From a virus: 64,000 bases of DNA. The stretch lies in the IMG/VR virus record IMGVR_UViG_3300028886_001504. One strand, written 5' to 3'. Below are positions 9,939 to 20,173 of the stretch, one piece after another (within the stretch, counting starts at the first letter, position 1; every line of letters begins with the position of its first letter). The translations under genes and the position numbers were made by a program. Below the pieces are notes generated by a model. The model was not told the origin of the DNA. It was given only the letters and a program-made list of their open reading frames with translations, and searched no databases.

Positions 9939-10229
9939 TTAATAGACCCTCCTAAAAGTTTTTCTGTGTTTTGCGCAGTCTACGATATATTCTCTTCGTA
10001 GACGTATGCATTCTGCTATTGCGCCAGATTGGTCGTTGCCAAACGGCTTTGTTTCTTTTGCATAGTCTCCTGAGTTTCCACCAAATGATGCTACATCAAT
10101 AGCGAGGAAAAAACCACCATCGCCTTTCCATACTTGGTACATGCTTTTTGCTTGCTTTCTAAACTCCCTTAAGTAATAGGTGTTAAGGTGGTCATGTGTC
10201 AGTACACGTTTAATTTTCTTTTTTTCCAT
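9939..10229 (-). CDS. hypothetical protein
   Basis: 96 aa ORF. Confidence 0.35.
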   Translation of the reverse strand: MEKKKIKRVLTHDHLNTYYLREFRKQAKSMYQVWKGDGGFFLAIDVASFGGNSGDYAKETKPFGNDQSGAIAECIRLRREYIVDCAKHRKTFRRVY

Positions 10230-11079
10230 TTTCTGTATTAGTTGTCATAAGTTTAAAAAATTCTTCTTTCTCTAACGGAGTAGCATCAGTGGCTACCCAA
10301 GCATTACGTTTCACCATAATCGTAGCACCATCTGGATATTTCTTGTTTGGCTTGATTGTTACTTCGTGCTCCTGTTCCACACGATGTATGATACGGCCAT
10401 ACTTCAAGCCATTTTTATAGCAATTCCAATCAATACCTTTTTCTTCTTTCATTTTAGCAATTTGTTCATCGGTATTAAGGTTAAGTAATTCCTTGTGTGA
10501 AAGGTATGTCTGTGCAGCCTGTTGCTTAGAGTTTTTGATGCAATCCAGCTGGCGGTATTTAAACCATGCAAAAGCATCATTGTCAGAAGGAACATTCCAG
10601 CATTTGCAATCAAATTGTGCTAATTTCTGGTTCTCAATAAGATTCGTTGCCTCATTTATTTTATAAATCGTATCTATGCAATCAATTTTGAAAGTGTCGT
10701 AATCCCTACTTTTTATCTCATAAAGGATTGCAAGCTGGTTAAACTTGGCTGTAGCCAAAGATGCAATGATACTCAAAATTTTGCACATTCTGTTACTAAA
10801 GAACGGTGTGGCTTCGCCCTCATCTTTGAGAAGAAAACTGATTTCATCAGATTGCACAAACGCAATTTTAACTCCCTGTACATTTTCACACACATACTTT
10901 GCTGTTTCATTCATCATATTCACAAAGTCCATATCGAATGGCTTTCCGAAATGGTTTTTAATGAGTTTGCTAAAAGCGCGTCCATCACACATTACCAAAA
11001 CATTGGTGTTTGGTAGAAGTCTGTAATCTGTGAGTCCTCTGTAATACTCACCCTTTTCTTTTAGGTTTTGGAAAATCAT
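10210..11079 (-). CDS. tRNA-His guanylyltransferase-like (Thg1-like) 3'-5' nucleotidyltransferase
   Basis: MCDGRAFSKL...KPFD...AFVQSDEISFLLK matches the Thg1 catalytic core. Confidence 0.7.
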   Translation of the reverse strand: MIFQNLKEKGEYYRGLTDYRLLPNTNVLVMCDGRAFSKLIKNHFGKPFDMDFVNMMNETAKYVCENVQGVKIAFVQSDEISFLLKDEGEATPFFSNRMCKILSIIASLATAKFNQLAILYEIKSRDYDTFKIDCIDTIYKINEATNLIENQKLAQFDCKCWNVPSDNDAFAWFKYRQLDCIKNSKQQAAQTYLSHKELLNLNTDEQIAKMKEEKGIDWNCYKNGLKYGRIIHRVEQEHEVTIKPNKKYPDGATIMVKRNAWVATDATPLEKEEFFKLMTTNTENGKKEN

Positions 11080-11417
11080 AATCTTTCTATAATTTGTTGC
11101 AAATATACAACTATTTTCTTTACTAACAAACTTTTTTTCACTATTTTCATATTATGAAATACGAATCGCCTAAAATAATCAAAGAATACCCCATTAAAAT
11201 AGAAGATTCACTACTTTCTGGGTCTGTTGTCTCAGAAAATAGTGAAGTTACGTCTACAGGACAAGAAGTTGAAACCTATACTATTGATACCTTCGATGCT
11301 GATGGTAATAGTCTCTGGTATTAATCATGTTCATTGTCGGGATTATAGGGGCAAGTTCGTGGGTTATAGTCATAACCCTCTTGTGGCATTGGGCAATGAT
11401 AGTTATGCCAACAATCT

Positions 11418-11981
11418 TCACAGCCAGGATAGTTTTTCGACATAGTTGACACCAAATAATAAAACAAGATAAGTAGATAGATAAGCAGCCATTTCAAGAT
11501 AATAGAAATAAGACTCCTTCACGGTTCTGGTTCCTATTGCTATGACAAATGCCAACGTAAAAACTGGGATAAGTACCGCCCACATTTTAACAATAAAAAA
11601 TAACCATATCAACACACACAAAACAGCACCCCATGCGCCAATCTGGTGTATGATGTTAAGTTTCTTGCTTTCCGTATAGTTTGGGGTGAAACCCACCAAA
11701 AAAAGATGAAGTGGTGCAAAAAAACATAAGAACTGCAACGGACTATCTTTTGCTGATGTCAACATTGGTACTAACAACAATGCGGCGCTAACAATCGTCA
11801 CGAGTGACCACAAATTAATGTTTTTTAACTGTGGATGTTCTTTTGTATAACCATCCCACTTCATTCCATAAGCGGAGTAACAACTTAACACCCCATATTT
11901 TTTAATACAGATGTAGTTGAATACTGCCAGCATTATCAATGACAGAATGGTGCATATGTAAGAAGTAATAACAACAGCCAT
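11418..11981 (-). CDS. multi-pass membrane protein
   Basis: Several hydrophobic helices; ends at TGA followed 5 codons later by TAA. Confidence 0.45.
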   Translation of the reverse strand: MAVVITSYICTILSLIMLAVFNYICIKKYGVLSCYSAYGMKWDGYTKEHPQLKNINLWSLVTIVSAALLLVPMLTSAKDSPLQFLCFFAPLHLFLVGFTPNYTESKKLNIIHQIGAWGAVLCVLIWLFFIVKMWAVLIPVFTLAFVIAIGTRTVKESYFYYLEMAAYLSTYLVLLFGVNYVEKLSWL

Positions 11982-12153
11982 AACTAATCGTAATCCTCCT
12001 CTTCAAGTATTAAACACCTATAGAACTCAGGTTTATATACCTGCTTTTCAAGGAAAGCAAGTTTGTCCCATGGCGTTAGTTCATCAAATAGTTTCTCTAC
12101 GTCTGAGATTTCAACAATTTTAATACCATTAATTTCTTTCATAACTTTATATA

Positions 12154-12384
12154 TTAATCAATAATCGTCAGATAAACGCCATGTTGGTAATACAATGTAT
12201 CCGATAAATCATCCTCATTTTTGCAGATATATTTCTCCAAATACTTATTAAGGTTCGCTCTATGGATTATCATTCTACCATTAGGTATGTCAATGATGTC
12301 ATCATCAGAAACAATCTTATTTCTGAAATCAATCTCTTTTGCAAGCGTCTTAAAATCCTCAAGTGTTAGTTTCCGTGTTTTCAT
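12154..12384 (-). CDS. hypothetical protein
   Basis: 76 aa ORF. Confidence 0.4.
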   Translation of the reverse strand: MKTRKLTLEDFKTLAKEIDFRNKIVSDDDIIDIPNGRMIIHRANLNKYLEKYICKNEDDLSDTLYYQHGVYLTIID

Positions 12385-12505
12385 GATAATACTGCAAGGA
12401 AACCCACTACTTTAGTGGTGGGAGGAATTGCAGTTAATCCTTTTTTCTGTTAAACTCTTTATTTTTCACAACAAAAATACTATATTTTTTTTTGAAAAAC
12501 AAAAA

Positions 12506-12531
12506 CTTTTTGGTTTTTCAAACTATTTATA
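12506..12531 (+). promoter_or_regulatory. promoter-like 26-mer identical to 5923-5948
   Basis: Exact repeat; 18 nt upstream of the tnpB ATG. Confidence 0.5.
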
Positions 12532-12548
12532 GTGAACACAAGTGAAAA

Positions 12549-13757
12549 ATGAATGTAATTACCTATAATGTAGAACTTAACCCAACACCAGAAACTTTCA
12601 ACTACTGGAAGAAAATGCTGGTGTTGTATGCACAGGCATATAATGACTGTGCAAACTACATTGTGGATAAAAAACTTCCTCTTTCCATTAAAACCGTTCA
12701 CAACAAAGTCTACGATAGGCTTCGGAAAGCCTACCAAGAACTCCCTTCACAAGCCGTTATCAGACTTTACAAGGATGTTATTCCTGCGTTCAAGTCTATA
12801 CGCTCGAACAAACAAAAAGACACTGAAACGCCACAGAAGAAAAATCTGTCAATGAGGCTTGACAAACGCCTCTACACAAGAGTGGATAGCGATGGTATTG
12901 TAATCACCTCAGAGGTAGCTAGAAAACGTGTTAAAATACCATTTGTCTTGTATGATAAAGTAACAGAACTTCTAAGCAAATACGAAGTATCTGACCCAAC
13001 GATTTTCATTCGTGATAACAGGTTATACCTGTCAATACCGTTTTCAATCCCAACCATTGTCACCGACAATGACAATGCTGTTGGCATTGACCTTGGCATT
13101 AAACGGTTGTTCGTTACCTCAGAAGGTGTGGCATTTAAAGACAAAGCATATCTTCGTGAGCGAAGGAAGGTGCGGCACAATAAACGCAAACTACAAGAAA
13201 AATCAAATAAAAGTCGCACGGCAAAAAAACACCTTAAGAAAATCAAAAGAAGGGAAGTCAACCTCTCAAAAGATATGTTGCATAGAGCAACTAACGCAGT
13301 TCTCGAATCAACATCAGCATCAGTTCTTGTAGTCGAAGACCTATCGAAGATAAAAACCAAAACCTCCAAAACCAAAGAAGGGTTTAAGAGAACAAAACAC
13401 AATAATTCTTTCTCTCAAGTTCCCGTTAGGGAATTCAGAGACATGTTGGCTTACAAGGCACAGTTACACGGAAAACGTGTTGAAACAGTTTCTCCAACTT
13501 ACACCAGTCAAATGGATTGCCGTACTTCAAATAGAGACGGCAACAGAAAAGGTTGCCGATACTATTGCTCAGACGGAATCGTCTTTGACGCAGATTGGAA
13601 CGCAGCAGCCAATATCGCTATTAGAGCGAACCACCCGTTATCGAATATACTGCCATTGGATGGCACACTTAAATTCCTGAACGGCAGGGCACAGTCAATT
13701 GCCCATACGACGAAGGACACACCCTTTCGTCAAGCCCACGAATTAATTCGTGGGTAG
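12549..13757 (+). CDS. tnpB: TnpB (IS605 OrfB-family RNA-guided nuclease)
   Basis: RuvC-like GIDLGIKRLFV; C-terminal Zn finger CRTSNRDGNRKGCRYYC with DADWNAAANIA. Confidence 0.85.
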   Translation: MNVITYNVELNPTPETFNYWKKMLVLYAQAYNDCANYIVDKKLPLSIKTVHNKVYDRLRKAYQELPSQAVIRLYKDVIPAFKSIRSNKQKDTETPQKKNLSMRLDKRLYTRVDSDGIVITSEVARKRVKIPFVLYDKVTELLSKYEVSDPTIFIRDNRLYLSIPFSIPTIVTDNDNAVGIDLGIKRLFVTSEGVAFKDKAYLRERRKVRHNKRKLQEKSNKSRTAKKHLKKIKRREVNLSKDMLHRATNAVLESTSASVLVVEDLSKIKTKTSKTKEGFKRTKHNNSFSQVPVREFRDMLAYKAQLHGKRVETVSPTYTSQMDCRTSNRDGNRKGCRYYCSDGIVFDADWNAAANIAIRANHPLSNILPLDGTLKFLNGRAQSIAHTTKDTPFRQAHELIRG

Positions 13758-13761
13758 TTGA

Positions 13762-14394
13762 CTATAGTTCGGTTTTAATGTCAACTCTTTTCATTAGTTT
13801 CTTAAACAGATTAATGGTAGTGTCAATATCAAAATCAGCGCTGTGCAGTTCACCTTCATTAATGGATAAGCACCCAAGCAGCATTGCAACAGTGCCAAGT
13901 TTGAAATTATCTGGTTTGATGCCCATAGGAGGAAGCACCAGCATAGCAAGCTGACGCACATCCATAGTTACAACCTTATTGAAGAAATTTGACTTATAAA
14001 ACCCTTGTTTATATCTCTCTGGATTAGGGCTAATCTCGTGATAACGAGCAAAAAAATTGTATAGGAAATCATCATCAAACTTGGCGTTGTTGTATCCAAC
14101 TGTAATGAACTTCTCATACAAGTCACGATTGAACGGGTCAACATACTTTAATAACATTGTACAAAGTTCCTTATAGACCTCCTCCCCAGAAGGATATGCC
14201 ATAATTTGTTCCTCCGTTACGTGACTGACTTCAAGAGCCTTCTCGTCAATCAAAGCACCGTCAAACGGCTTAATATGATAGTTGAAGGTTTCTTTTAATT
14301 TACCATCAACGAAAATTTTTCCACTAAACTGATGAATGGCGTTCTTATTAACATCCGTTCCAGTTGTTTCTAAATCGTAAAAAAATAGTTTCAT
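13762..14394 (-). CDS. DnaQ-like 3'-5' exonuclease (DEDD)
   Basis: Exo I FYDLETTG, Exo II FDDDFL, Exo III HSADFD. Confidence 0.75.
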   Translation of the reverse strand: MKLFFYDLETTGTDVNKNAIHQFSGKIFVDGKLKETFNYHIKPFDGALIDEKALEVSHVTEEQIMAYPSGEEVYKELCTMLLKYVDPFNRDLYEKFITVGYNNAKFDDDFLYNFFARYHEISPNPERYKQGFYKSNFFNKVVTMDVRQLAMLVLPPMGIKPDNFKLGTVAMLLGCLSINEGELHSADFDIDTTINLFKKLMKRVDIKTEL

Positions 14395-14762
14395 GCTTTA
14401 AAGTGTTCTTTAAATTTATCTTGTGACCAATATTTTATGTCTTCAATGCGTTTTTCAATGTCTGCCATCAAATGCTCTTTATTTTTGAAAACGCCCTTGC
14501 TTCTTAACCAAAAATTATAAACTGGTGTGGTGTCAAGAGTGTCTGCTAATACTTCCCAACCTATGTCAGAGACGCAATAACGTCTGTCAAATGCTCTTGC
14601 CAATATTGCAAGACTTACAAAGTCCTTACATCTAAAGAAAATGTGATAAGGCTCCTTATAATGCCCACAGCAACTCTCAAATGTTTCAACCCCTGGTAGC
14701 TCATTCAACGCATCACAAAACGCAATGCACTCCTCATCCATGTATTCATCGTATTTATTCAT
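14391..14762 (-). CDS. hypothetical protein
   Basis: 123 aa; TGA stop overlaps the downstream ATG (ATGA). Confidence 0.4.
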   Translation of the reverse strand: MNKYDEYMDEECIAFCDALNELPGVETFESCCGHYKEPYHIFFRCKDFVSLAILARAFDRRYCVSDIGWEVLADTLDTTPVYNFWLRSKGVFKNKEHLMADIEKRIEDIKYWSQDKFKEHFKA

Positions 14763-15249
14763 TTTCGCTTAAAATTGTTCTTGTTATAACGTTTGCTATG
14801 CTTGTTGTCCATTCATCTCTTAAAGACAGAGAATAATCGTCCCAGTAACTAATAAAAAATTCCACGTATTTTTTTGGCGATTTTAATTCACATTTATCTA
14901 ACGGCAATTTTGTAAAAACTCTCTTAAGAACACCAAACAATGGAACAATCATATTTTCCCTTGTTATTTTTTTTGCCATGGGTGTTTCATCTGGTAATTT
15001 CCGAAGGAAAACGTAAAGCTTATTATATGCTTTACACATAGCAATCCTCTTCTCATGGCTCATATCAACATCAATATAATATCCCACTAACCAGTCTATC
15101 AAACCATCAGGTGTTGTGTGCCAAGAAACTTCCTTTTCCATACTATTATCCATAAATTTTCTTCCTTGCCTCAATAAGAAGATTATTAATTGCCTCATAA
15201 TCAGAGTGCTCTGGAAGCGTTGAGTTTTCAATTGCAATCTCCATTTCAT
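14755..15249 (-). CDS. hypothetical protein
   Basis: 164 aa ORF. Confidence 0.4.
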   Translation of the reverse strand: MKWRLQLKTQRFQSTLIMRQLIIFLLRQGRKFMDNSMEKEVSWHTTPDGLIDWLVGYYIDVDMSHEKRIAMCKAYNKLYVFLRKLPDETPMAKKITRENMIVPLFGVLKRVFTKLPLDKCELKSPKKYVEFFISYWDDYSLSLRDEWTTSIANVITRTILSENE

Positions 15250-16348
15250 GCTTTTCCTTTTCCAATTGCTCCATTACCTCATCATATTCAAATTTATGAT
15301 TACGGATGTCAAGGAGATATTGACGGTCTTCGTCCCTAACAACATTAAAACCTTTTCCTTGTGCAAGTTCTTTTGCCATTCTAACAAGACGCATGCAATG
15401 CATAACATTCTTAGAGTCATAGTTCTTGTTCAAGTTAGACTCATATCTTACAGGGTTGCGTTTTTCCTCCCACTCTTTGTATTCTTTATAATCTCTACAA
15501 TGGCAAGTATACGCATCCTTGTTGTATGTCATAAAACAAATAGGCATCTCCCCCTTTGGAATGGAACTTAAACGAACATCATTCGACTTCTCCATTTCAT
15601 CGGGATGCACAATACCGCCGTACCCAAAGAACTCTTTGTTTTTAATTCTTTCATTTGCGTCATCTCTAATTTCATCAACATCATCTGGGTCAAATATATT
15701 GGCAAGCATGAGAAATCTATCAACAGAAGGAACGTTCTCAAACTTGAAGTATGCTGCCCAATCATAATAAACGCCAAACACATCACGCATGTTAGGAATG
15801 TTTACAAGACCACAGTATTTTTGGTCAAGCCCTCTTTCCTTAAGAAACTCTTTGATGGGTTGAGAACCTTGGTTCTTAAAGGTATAACAGAAATCAAGTA
15901 TATCTTTTCTTTCCGTAATTGGATTGACGATTTTCTTGTTAAGACCACGTGCCTTTCCAATTTGGCTTACCGCATAACCGTAGAATGTTTTGAAACATTC
16001 CTTGGAAACAAACATATCTTTATTGTCAATAATGTGCTGTATAGCGGGATGCACTTCACCAATAATACAGTCTTTGGGGGCAAACAAACTTTCCAGCGCC
16101 GTTGGGTTCGCTTTTAAAAGAAGTTCAATCCATCTTCCAAACTCATAAAACACCGTATCGTTTTTCTCATCTGCAATTTGTTCCTGATAACTTGACCTAA
16201 GTCCGAAAAGCATTTCTTTTGGACAAATAAACACTCCACCCACGTCTATATCACTTGTTTCAACGTTCAAATGGTACATGTGAGAGCCACGCATATATTC
16301 ATATGCAATCCATCCGTTTTTTCGTAGTTCTTCAATTGTCATATTCAT
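15146..16348 (-). CDS. Pol-beta superfamily nucleotidyltransferase
   Basis: GS-x10-DxD motif (GSHMYHLNVETSDID). Confidence 0.5.
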   Translation of the reverse strand: MNMTIEELRKNGWIAYEYMRGSHMYHLNVETSDIDVGGVFICPKEMLFGLRSSYQEQIADEKNDTVFYEFGRWIELLLKANPTALESLFAPKDCIIGEVHPAIQHIIDNKDMFVSKECFKTFYGYAVSQIGKARGLNKKIVNPITERKDILDFCYTFKNQGSQPIKEFLKERGLDQKYCGLVNIPNMRDVFGVYYDWAAYFKFENVPSVDRFLMLANIFDPDDVDEIRDDANERIKNKEFFGYGGIVHPDEMEKSNDVRLSSIPKGEMPICFMTYNKDAYTCHCRDYKEYKEWEEKRNPVRYESNLNKNYDSKNVMHCMRLVRMAKELAQGKGFNVVRDEDRQYLLDIRNHKFEYDEVMEQLEKEKHEMEIAIENSTLPEHSDYEAINNLLIEARKKIYG

Positions 16349-16426
16349 AGATTTTACAAAAACAAAAATAGGTATTATTTAGTTAATTTCCAAATAATAC
16401 CCATCAAAAGTTGTACCAAAAATAAA

Positions 16427-16885
16427 CTATCCTTGTGTGTTTCCAATAAATTCACCAACAATAATATCATTGGCTTCTTTACCATCATACTGTCCAGCGT
16501 ATTTTTGACTTAGAACTTTCATAATTATACCCCTACCATTAATGGATGTAATGCCATTCTCCTTAATAATTTCTTGGATGATGTGACTGAGTTCCTTGCT
16601 GTCAAACTTCTTTGGCACATACTCTTCCAGATACTTCAACTCTGCTGCTTCTTTATCTGCCAACTCTTTTCTCCCAGCGCCATTATAGATATCAATTGAC
16701 TCTTGACGCTGTTTGATTTGTTTATTGATAATTTTGATAACATCAGCATCTGTCAGTTCATGGAACTTACCGTTTGTTTTCTCTGTTTGGATGGCTGCTT
16801 TGATGCTCCTAATTGCAGCCACTTTGTCTTCGTTGTGCTCTTTCAAAGCACTGACTAATTCTTTTTGTAGTTTTTCTTCCAACAT
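16427..16885 (-). CDS. GatB/YqeY domain protein
   Basis: Full-length similarity to the YqeY pattern (..IDIYNGAGRKELADKEAAELKYLEEYVP..). Confidence 0.65.
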   Translation of the reverse strand: MLEEKLQKELVSALKEHNEDKVAAIRSIKAAIQTEKTNGKFHELTDADVIKIINKQIKQRQESIDIYNGAGRKELADKEAAELKYLEEYVPKKFDSKELSHIIQEIIKENGITSINGRGIIMKVLSQKYAGQYDGKEANDIIVGEFIGNTQG

Positions 16886-16898
16886 GTTACTTTGTTTT

Positions 16899-17678
16899 TT
16901 AATCTGTGTATGTTACAACTCTTATATTATCGTCACTAAAGAAATCACCAGTAAGGCTCTCTGCAAATTGTTCGACTGTTTGAATAAACGCATAAAGATT
17001 CATAACATCATACAATTCATCCTCGAACATATAGTCAATGTCTTCTTCATAACATGCACACTCCGAATCATTATCTTCTTCTTTTTCTTGTGTCTTAGGA
17101 AGTTTATCATGTAAAGACGGAAGTGTGTGTTTTTTGACAAGCAAATTAACCTTTTTGTCTATGTTATTCAATTTATCCATGACAATACAGTTCTCAAATT
17201 TTTTATCAAAAAGCCTCAATAGTCGCTTTTTCCACATTTCAAATGATTTATTGTATGCTTCCCATAATTCGGCTATTGTGGCATATGACTCATTATACCA
17301 CCATTTACCACCCCAAGTTTTTTCTTTACCATATTTTTCTTTGTAATCCCTATTCTCTTTGTCAATAATTGCGTATTGTTCATTAAACCAAGCCTTTACG
17401 CCATCACTAACATCTGTTGGTAATCCTCTTTTTGCAAGAGGACTGTTAATCATCATGTTGTTAAACAAGTCCCTTACAGACCCCTGTTTCCAAAACTTAA
17501 TGAAACGGTCATAACCAACATGATTCTCATCCAACACATATGGCTTTGCTTTTGTAGTCTCAACCTTTCCATCCACGATTACGGTTGTTTCTCTATCTTT
17601 AAATGGATAAAGCGCATACAAAAGTTCCCATTTGCCTTTCTTTTGTACTTCTATGAAAAAACAAGATGTTGTGCTCAT
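16899..17678 (-). CDS. hypothetical protein
   Basis: 259 aa ORF. Confidence 0.45.
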   Translation of the reverse strand: MSTTSCFFIEVQKKGKWELLYALYPFKDRETTVIVDGKVETTKAKPYVLDENHVGYDRFIKFWKQGSVRDLFNNMMINSPLAKRGLPTDVSDGVKAWFNEQYAIIDKENRDYKEKYGKEKTWGGKWWYNESYATIAELWEAYNKSFEMWKKRLLRLFDKKFENCIVMDKLNNIDKKVNLLVKKHTLPSLHDKLPKTQEKEEDNDSECACYEEDIDYMFEDELYDVMNLYAFIQTVEQFAESLTGDFFSDDNIRVVTYTD

Positions 17679-18955
17679 TTTTTGTAGTGTTTTATTATTA
17701 TTTTAATACAATCTTCTCTGGTGAGCCGTGGCCTTCTGTAGACTTTTTCAAGTAGAAAATTTTGCACATTTTTTATTTCTGGCCCTGCTTCAATGTTAAG
17801 GGCTGTCATTATGTCATTACCATCAACTGGTAGTTTATATCTGAACAAAGAACTATCGTTATTAAAATGTTTCTTTGCTGTCGCTATCAGCCTATTATAA
17901 GTGATTTTGTCAAATGTTATACCATAATAAGCCTCAGCCACATTCATAAACATGACAAAACATTTACATTTATACTCCAATCTTCTAACATTCCTTGATA
18001 ACAAAATGTTCTTTTCCTTTAACAGTTCCCTAACCGTATCAAGTATGAAAACGACTTCGTTCACTATCTCATTGGAAAGTTTCAATCCTCTAAGTTCATT
18101 ATACACATTTTTCCAATCGTAGTGCATCATAACAGCCAACAAGGTGGTTTGTGTGGAACCCTCTTTCTTGCACAAATTCAATCCCTCAATAAGCGATTTT
18201 TGTTTAAAACCGTCAATATCGTCAAGACCGTTGAAAATATATTTCATTGCACCAATTAGCATTAAAATCTCAATGGCTTCTGAAACATGCTCAGAATTGA
18301 GGATTTTCAACAATTCATCAGCAATTCTTTCTCTACTTATAATTGAAAGTCTATGTGCATTCTTACACATACCCTCATAGGTTTTTGTTTCGATAACAGA
18401 ATCATAACGAGAAAAGAATCTGACAGCCCTCATAATTCTTAATGGGTCATCGCTGAATATGATGTCTGGTTCACCACAACACTTCAGCACATTGTTGTTT
18501 AGGTCTTCAATGCTTGTACCGTTGAAATCACACACTTTGTTTGTCGATATGTTACGATAAATTGCATTGTAGGTGAAATCCCTTCTGGTACAGTCATCCA
18601 TAATAGTACCAAAGGCGGTTTCTGGATTACGTGATTCCATATCGTGGTACGCTTCTTTCCTTGTCTGTACGGCTTCCAATTCGATATCTGGAAAGTTTTT
18701 CAAACGAAACATCGTAGTACCGAAATGTTCATAGACAACAACAGTACCAACAGTGCGTCCGTTAGATTCAAGCCATTTGGAAAACTTGATACCGCCGTCT
18801 AAAATGTCTACCACCAAATCAATATCCTTAATCTCTCTACCAGCAATAAAATCCCTCTCACATCCACCGACAGAGTAGACGTGGCCTTCAAACTCTGAAC
18901 CTTTGATAAGGCTCCTGATTTCCGCTAATACCTCTTGATATCTCTTTATTTCCAT
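17675..18955 (-). CDS. CCA-adding enzyme / poly(A) polymerase-family tRNA nucleotidyltransferase
   Basis: Head-domain motif GGCERDFIAGREIKDIDLVV. Confidence 0.75.
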   Translation of the reverse strand: MEIKRYQEVLAEIRSLIKGSEFEGHVYSVGGCERDFIAGREIKDIDLVVDILDGGIKFSKWLESNGRTVGTVVVYEHFGTTMFRLKNFPDIELEAVQTRKEAYHDMESRNPETAFGTIMDDCTRRDFTYNAIYRNISTNKVCDFNGTSIEDLNNNVLKCCGEPDIIFSDDPLRIMRAVRFFSRYDSVIETKTYEGMCKNAHRLSIISRERIADELLKILNSEHVSEAIEILMLIGAMKYIFNGLDDIDGFKQKSLIEGLNLCKKEGSTQTTLLAVMMHYDWKNVYNELRGLKLSNEIVNEVVFILDTVRELLKEKNILLSRNVRRLEYKCKCFVMFMNVAEAYYGITFDKITYNRLIATAKKHFNNDSSLFRYKLPVDGNDIMTALNIEAGPEIKNVQNFLLEKVYRRPRLTREDCIKIIIKHYKK

Positions 18956-20067
18956 TAGTTTATATCCATTGTAAATGTTTCAAACTCCATATAGTCTGGC
19001 CACTCAAAGCCCATAATCATGTTTTTAAAAACATCTTCGCCTATTTGACCTTCTCTTCTTTCAATGTTTTTATCCAGCGTATCTGCCTGAACATAAACAT
19101 AGTGAAATACATACCCTTTCGAAGCCAAACGCTGGTGATAATCATCACGGTACTTTTTCTTTAGGTTGATGTTGTTAATGATGATTGTTTGCTCGTTTTT
19201 TGCGGCCTCTGCCATCCTGTTATTGAAAATTTTGGTAACTCTATCCTCGTCATATGCTTTTGCTACAATCTTTTCTCCCTCTTTGCAGAGTCCAAGTTCC
19301 ACGCGGATGTCATCACGACACAACACAACAGCGTTTTTCCAATTTTCATCTACCATACGCTTTATTTTAATGTATGTGTCTTTGCCACTACCAGGAAGGC
19401 CAATCATGCAAATGCAAGTAGGCGCTCCTTTGCGCTTATTCCATATGTAATCACCATCAACAGGAATAAGACTCTTTTCGTCATAACAACCCATATCCAG
19501 TGCAATATCTCTAATTGTCTGGAGTTTCATATAGTCTATGGATTTATCTTGAAGTTGTTCGCTACCCATAATATCGGCTTCTTTAAGCGCAATCAACACT
19601 TTAAGATAGCATCGTTTAGATAAACGAACAATCTTTTCAAGTTGTTCTTTTCCTTCGAAAACCCTAAGAGGGTCCATGTGCCAACGTACCAAGGCACAAA
19701 CCTCTTCACGAAAATTAACAGGAGCGTCCCATAAAAGGTATCTTGTGATTTTTTCTCCCTCCACTTCATGGTTATATGCATGCCAGTTACCTTTCTTAAA
19801 CTCTGTGGTAACTCCCTTACCAATATCGTGGAACAATGCAGAGGTGATAAGAAGCGATTTCTCCAATTCCGTGAAGTTATGAGCGTTTTCTTCTATAAGT
19901 TTCACGGCAGCGTTGACAACGCGCTCAGTATGTACCGCAGCGTTACCTTCTTTATGCCACACAGGATTCTGTTCGCAAGTTTTCAATCTACTAAACTCAT
20001 GAACTTTCCAAACATTCTTCCAATTGACTTCGTAGGTATCGAAGTTTATTAATTTTTCCAACTTCAT
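18955..20067 (-). CDS. HD phosphohydrolase fused to P-loop polynucleotide-kinase-like domain
   Basis: HD motif LFHDIGK; Walker A GLPGSGKDT. Confidence 0.55.
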   Translation of the reverse strand: MKLEKLINFDTYEVNWKNVWKVHEFSRLKTCEQNPVWHKEGNAAVHTERVVNAAVKLIEENAHNFTELEKSLLITSALFHDIGKGVTTEFKKGNWHAYNHEVEGEKITRYLLWDAPVNFREEVCALVRWHMDPLRVFEGKEQLEKIVRLSKRCYLKVLIALKEADIMGSEQLQDKSIDYMKLQTIRDIALDMGCYDEKSLIPVDGDYIWNKRKGAPTCICMIGLPGSGKDTYIKIKRMVDENWKNAVVLCRDDIRVELGLCKEGEKIVAKAYDEDRVTKIFNNRMAEAAKNEQTIIINNINLKKKYRDDYHQRLASKGYVFHYVYVQADTLDKNIERREGQIGEDVFKNMIMGFEWPDYMEFETFTMDIN

Positions 20068-20173
20068 TTTAAAAACTCCTTTTCAAGTTCCTTAATATTT
20101 CTTTCTTTTTCAAGACGCTCCAAACACTCAACCACGTATTCTTCATCAGTCTTTTTTTTCTTTTTCTTTGCCA

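Larger units (their letters stand above)
12385..13790 (+). mobile_element. IS200/IS605-family element (tnpB only, IS1341-like); boundaries approximate
   Basis: Compound hairpin at 12392-12432 plus T-run, tnpB, 3' hairpin gttgac...gtcaac at 13759-13790. Confidence 0.45.

Noticed and set aside
11227-11445. + strand 72-aa ORF
   Set aside because: It overlaps the start of the minus membrane-protein gene. A shorter + ORF at about 11155-11328 with a motif-like upstream sequence is more plausible but is below the 60-aa threshold and unsupported.
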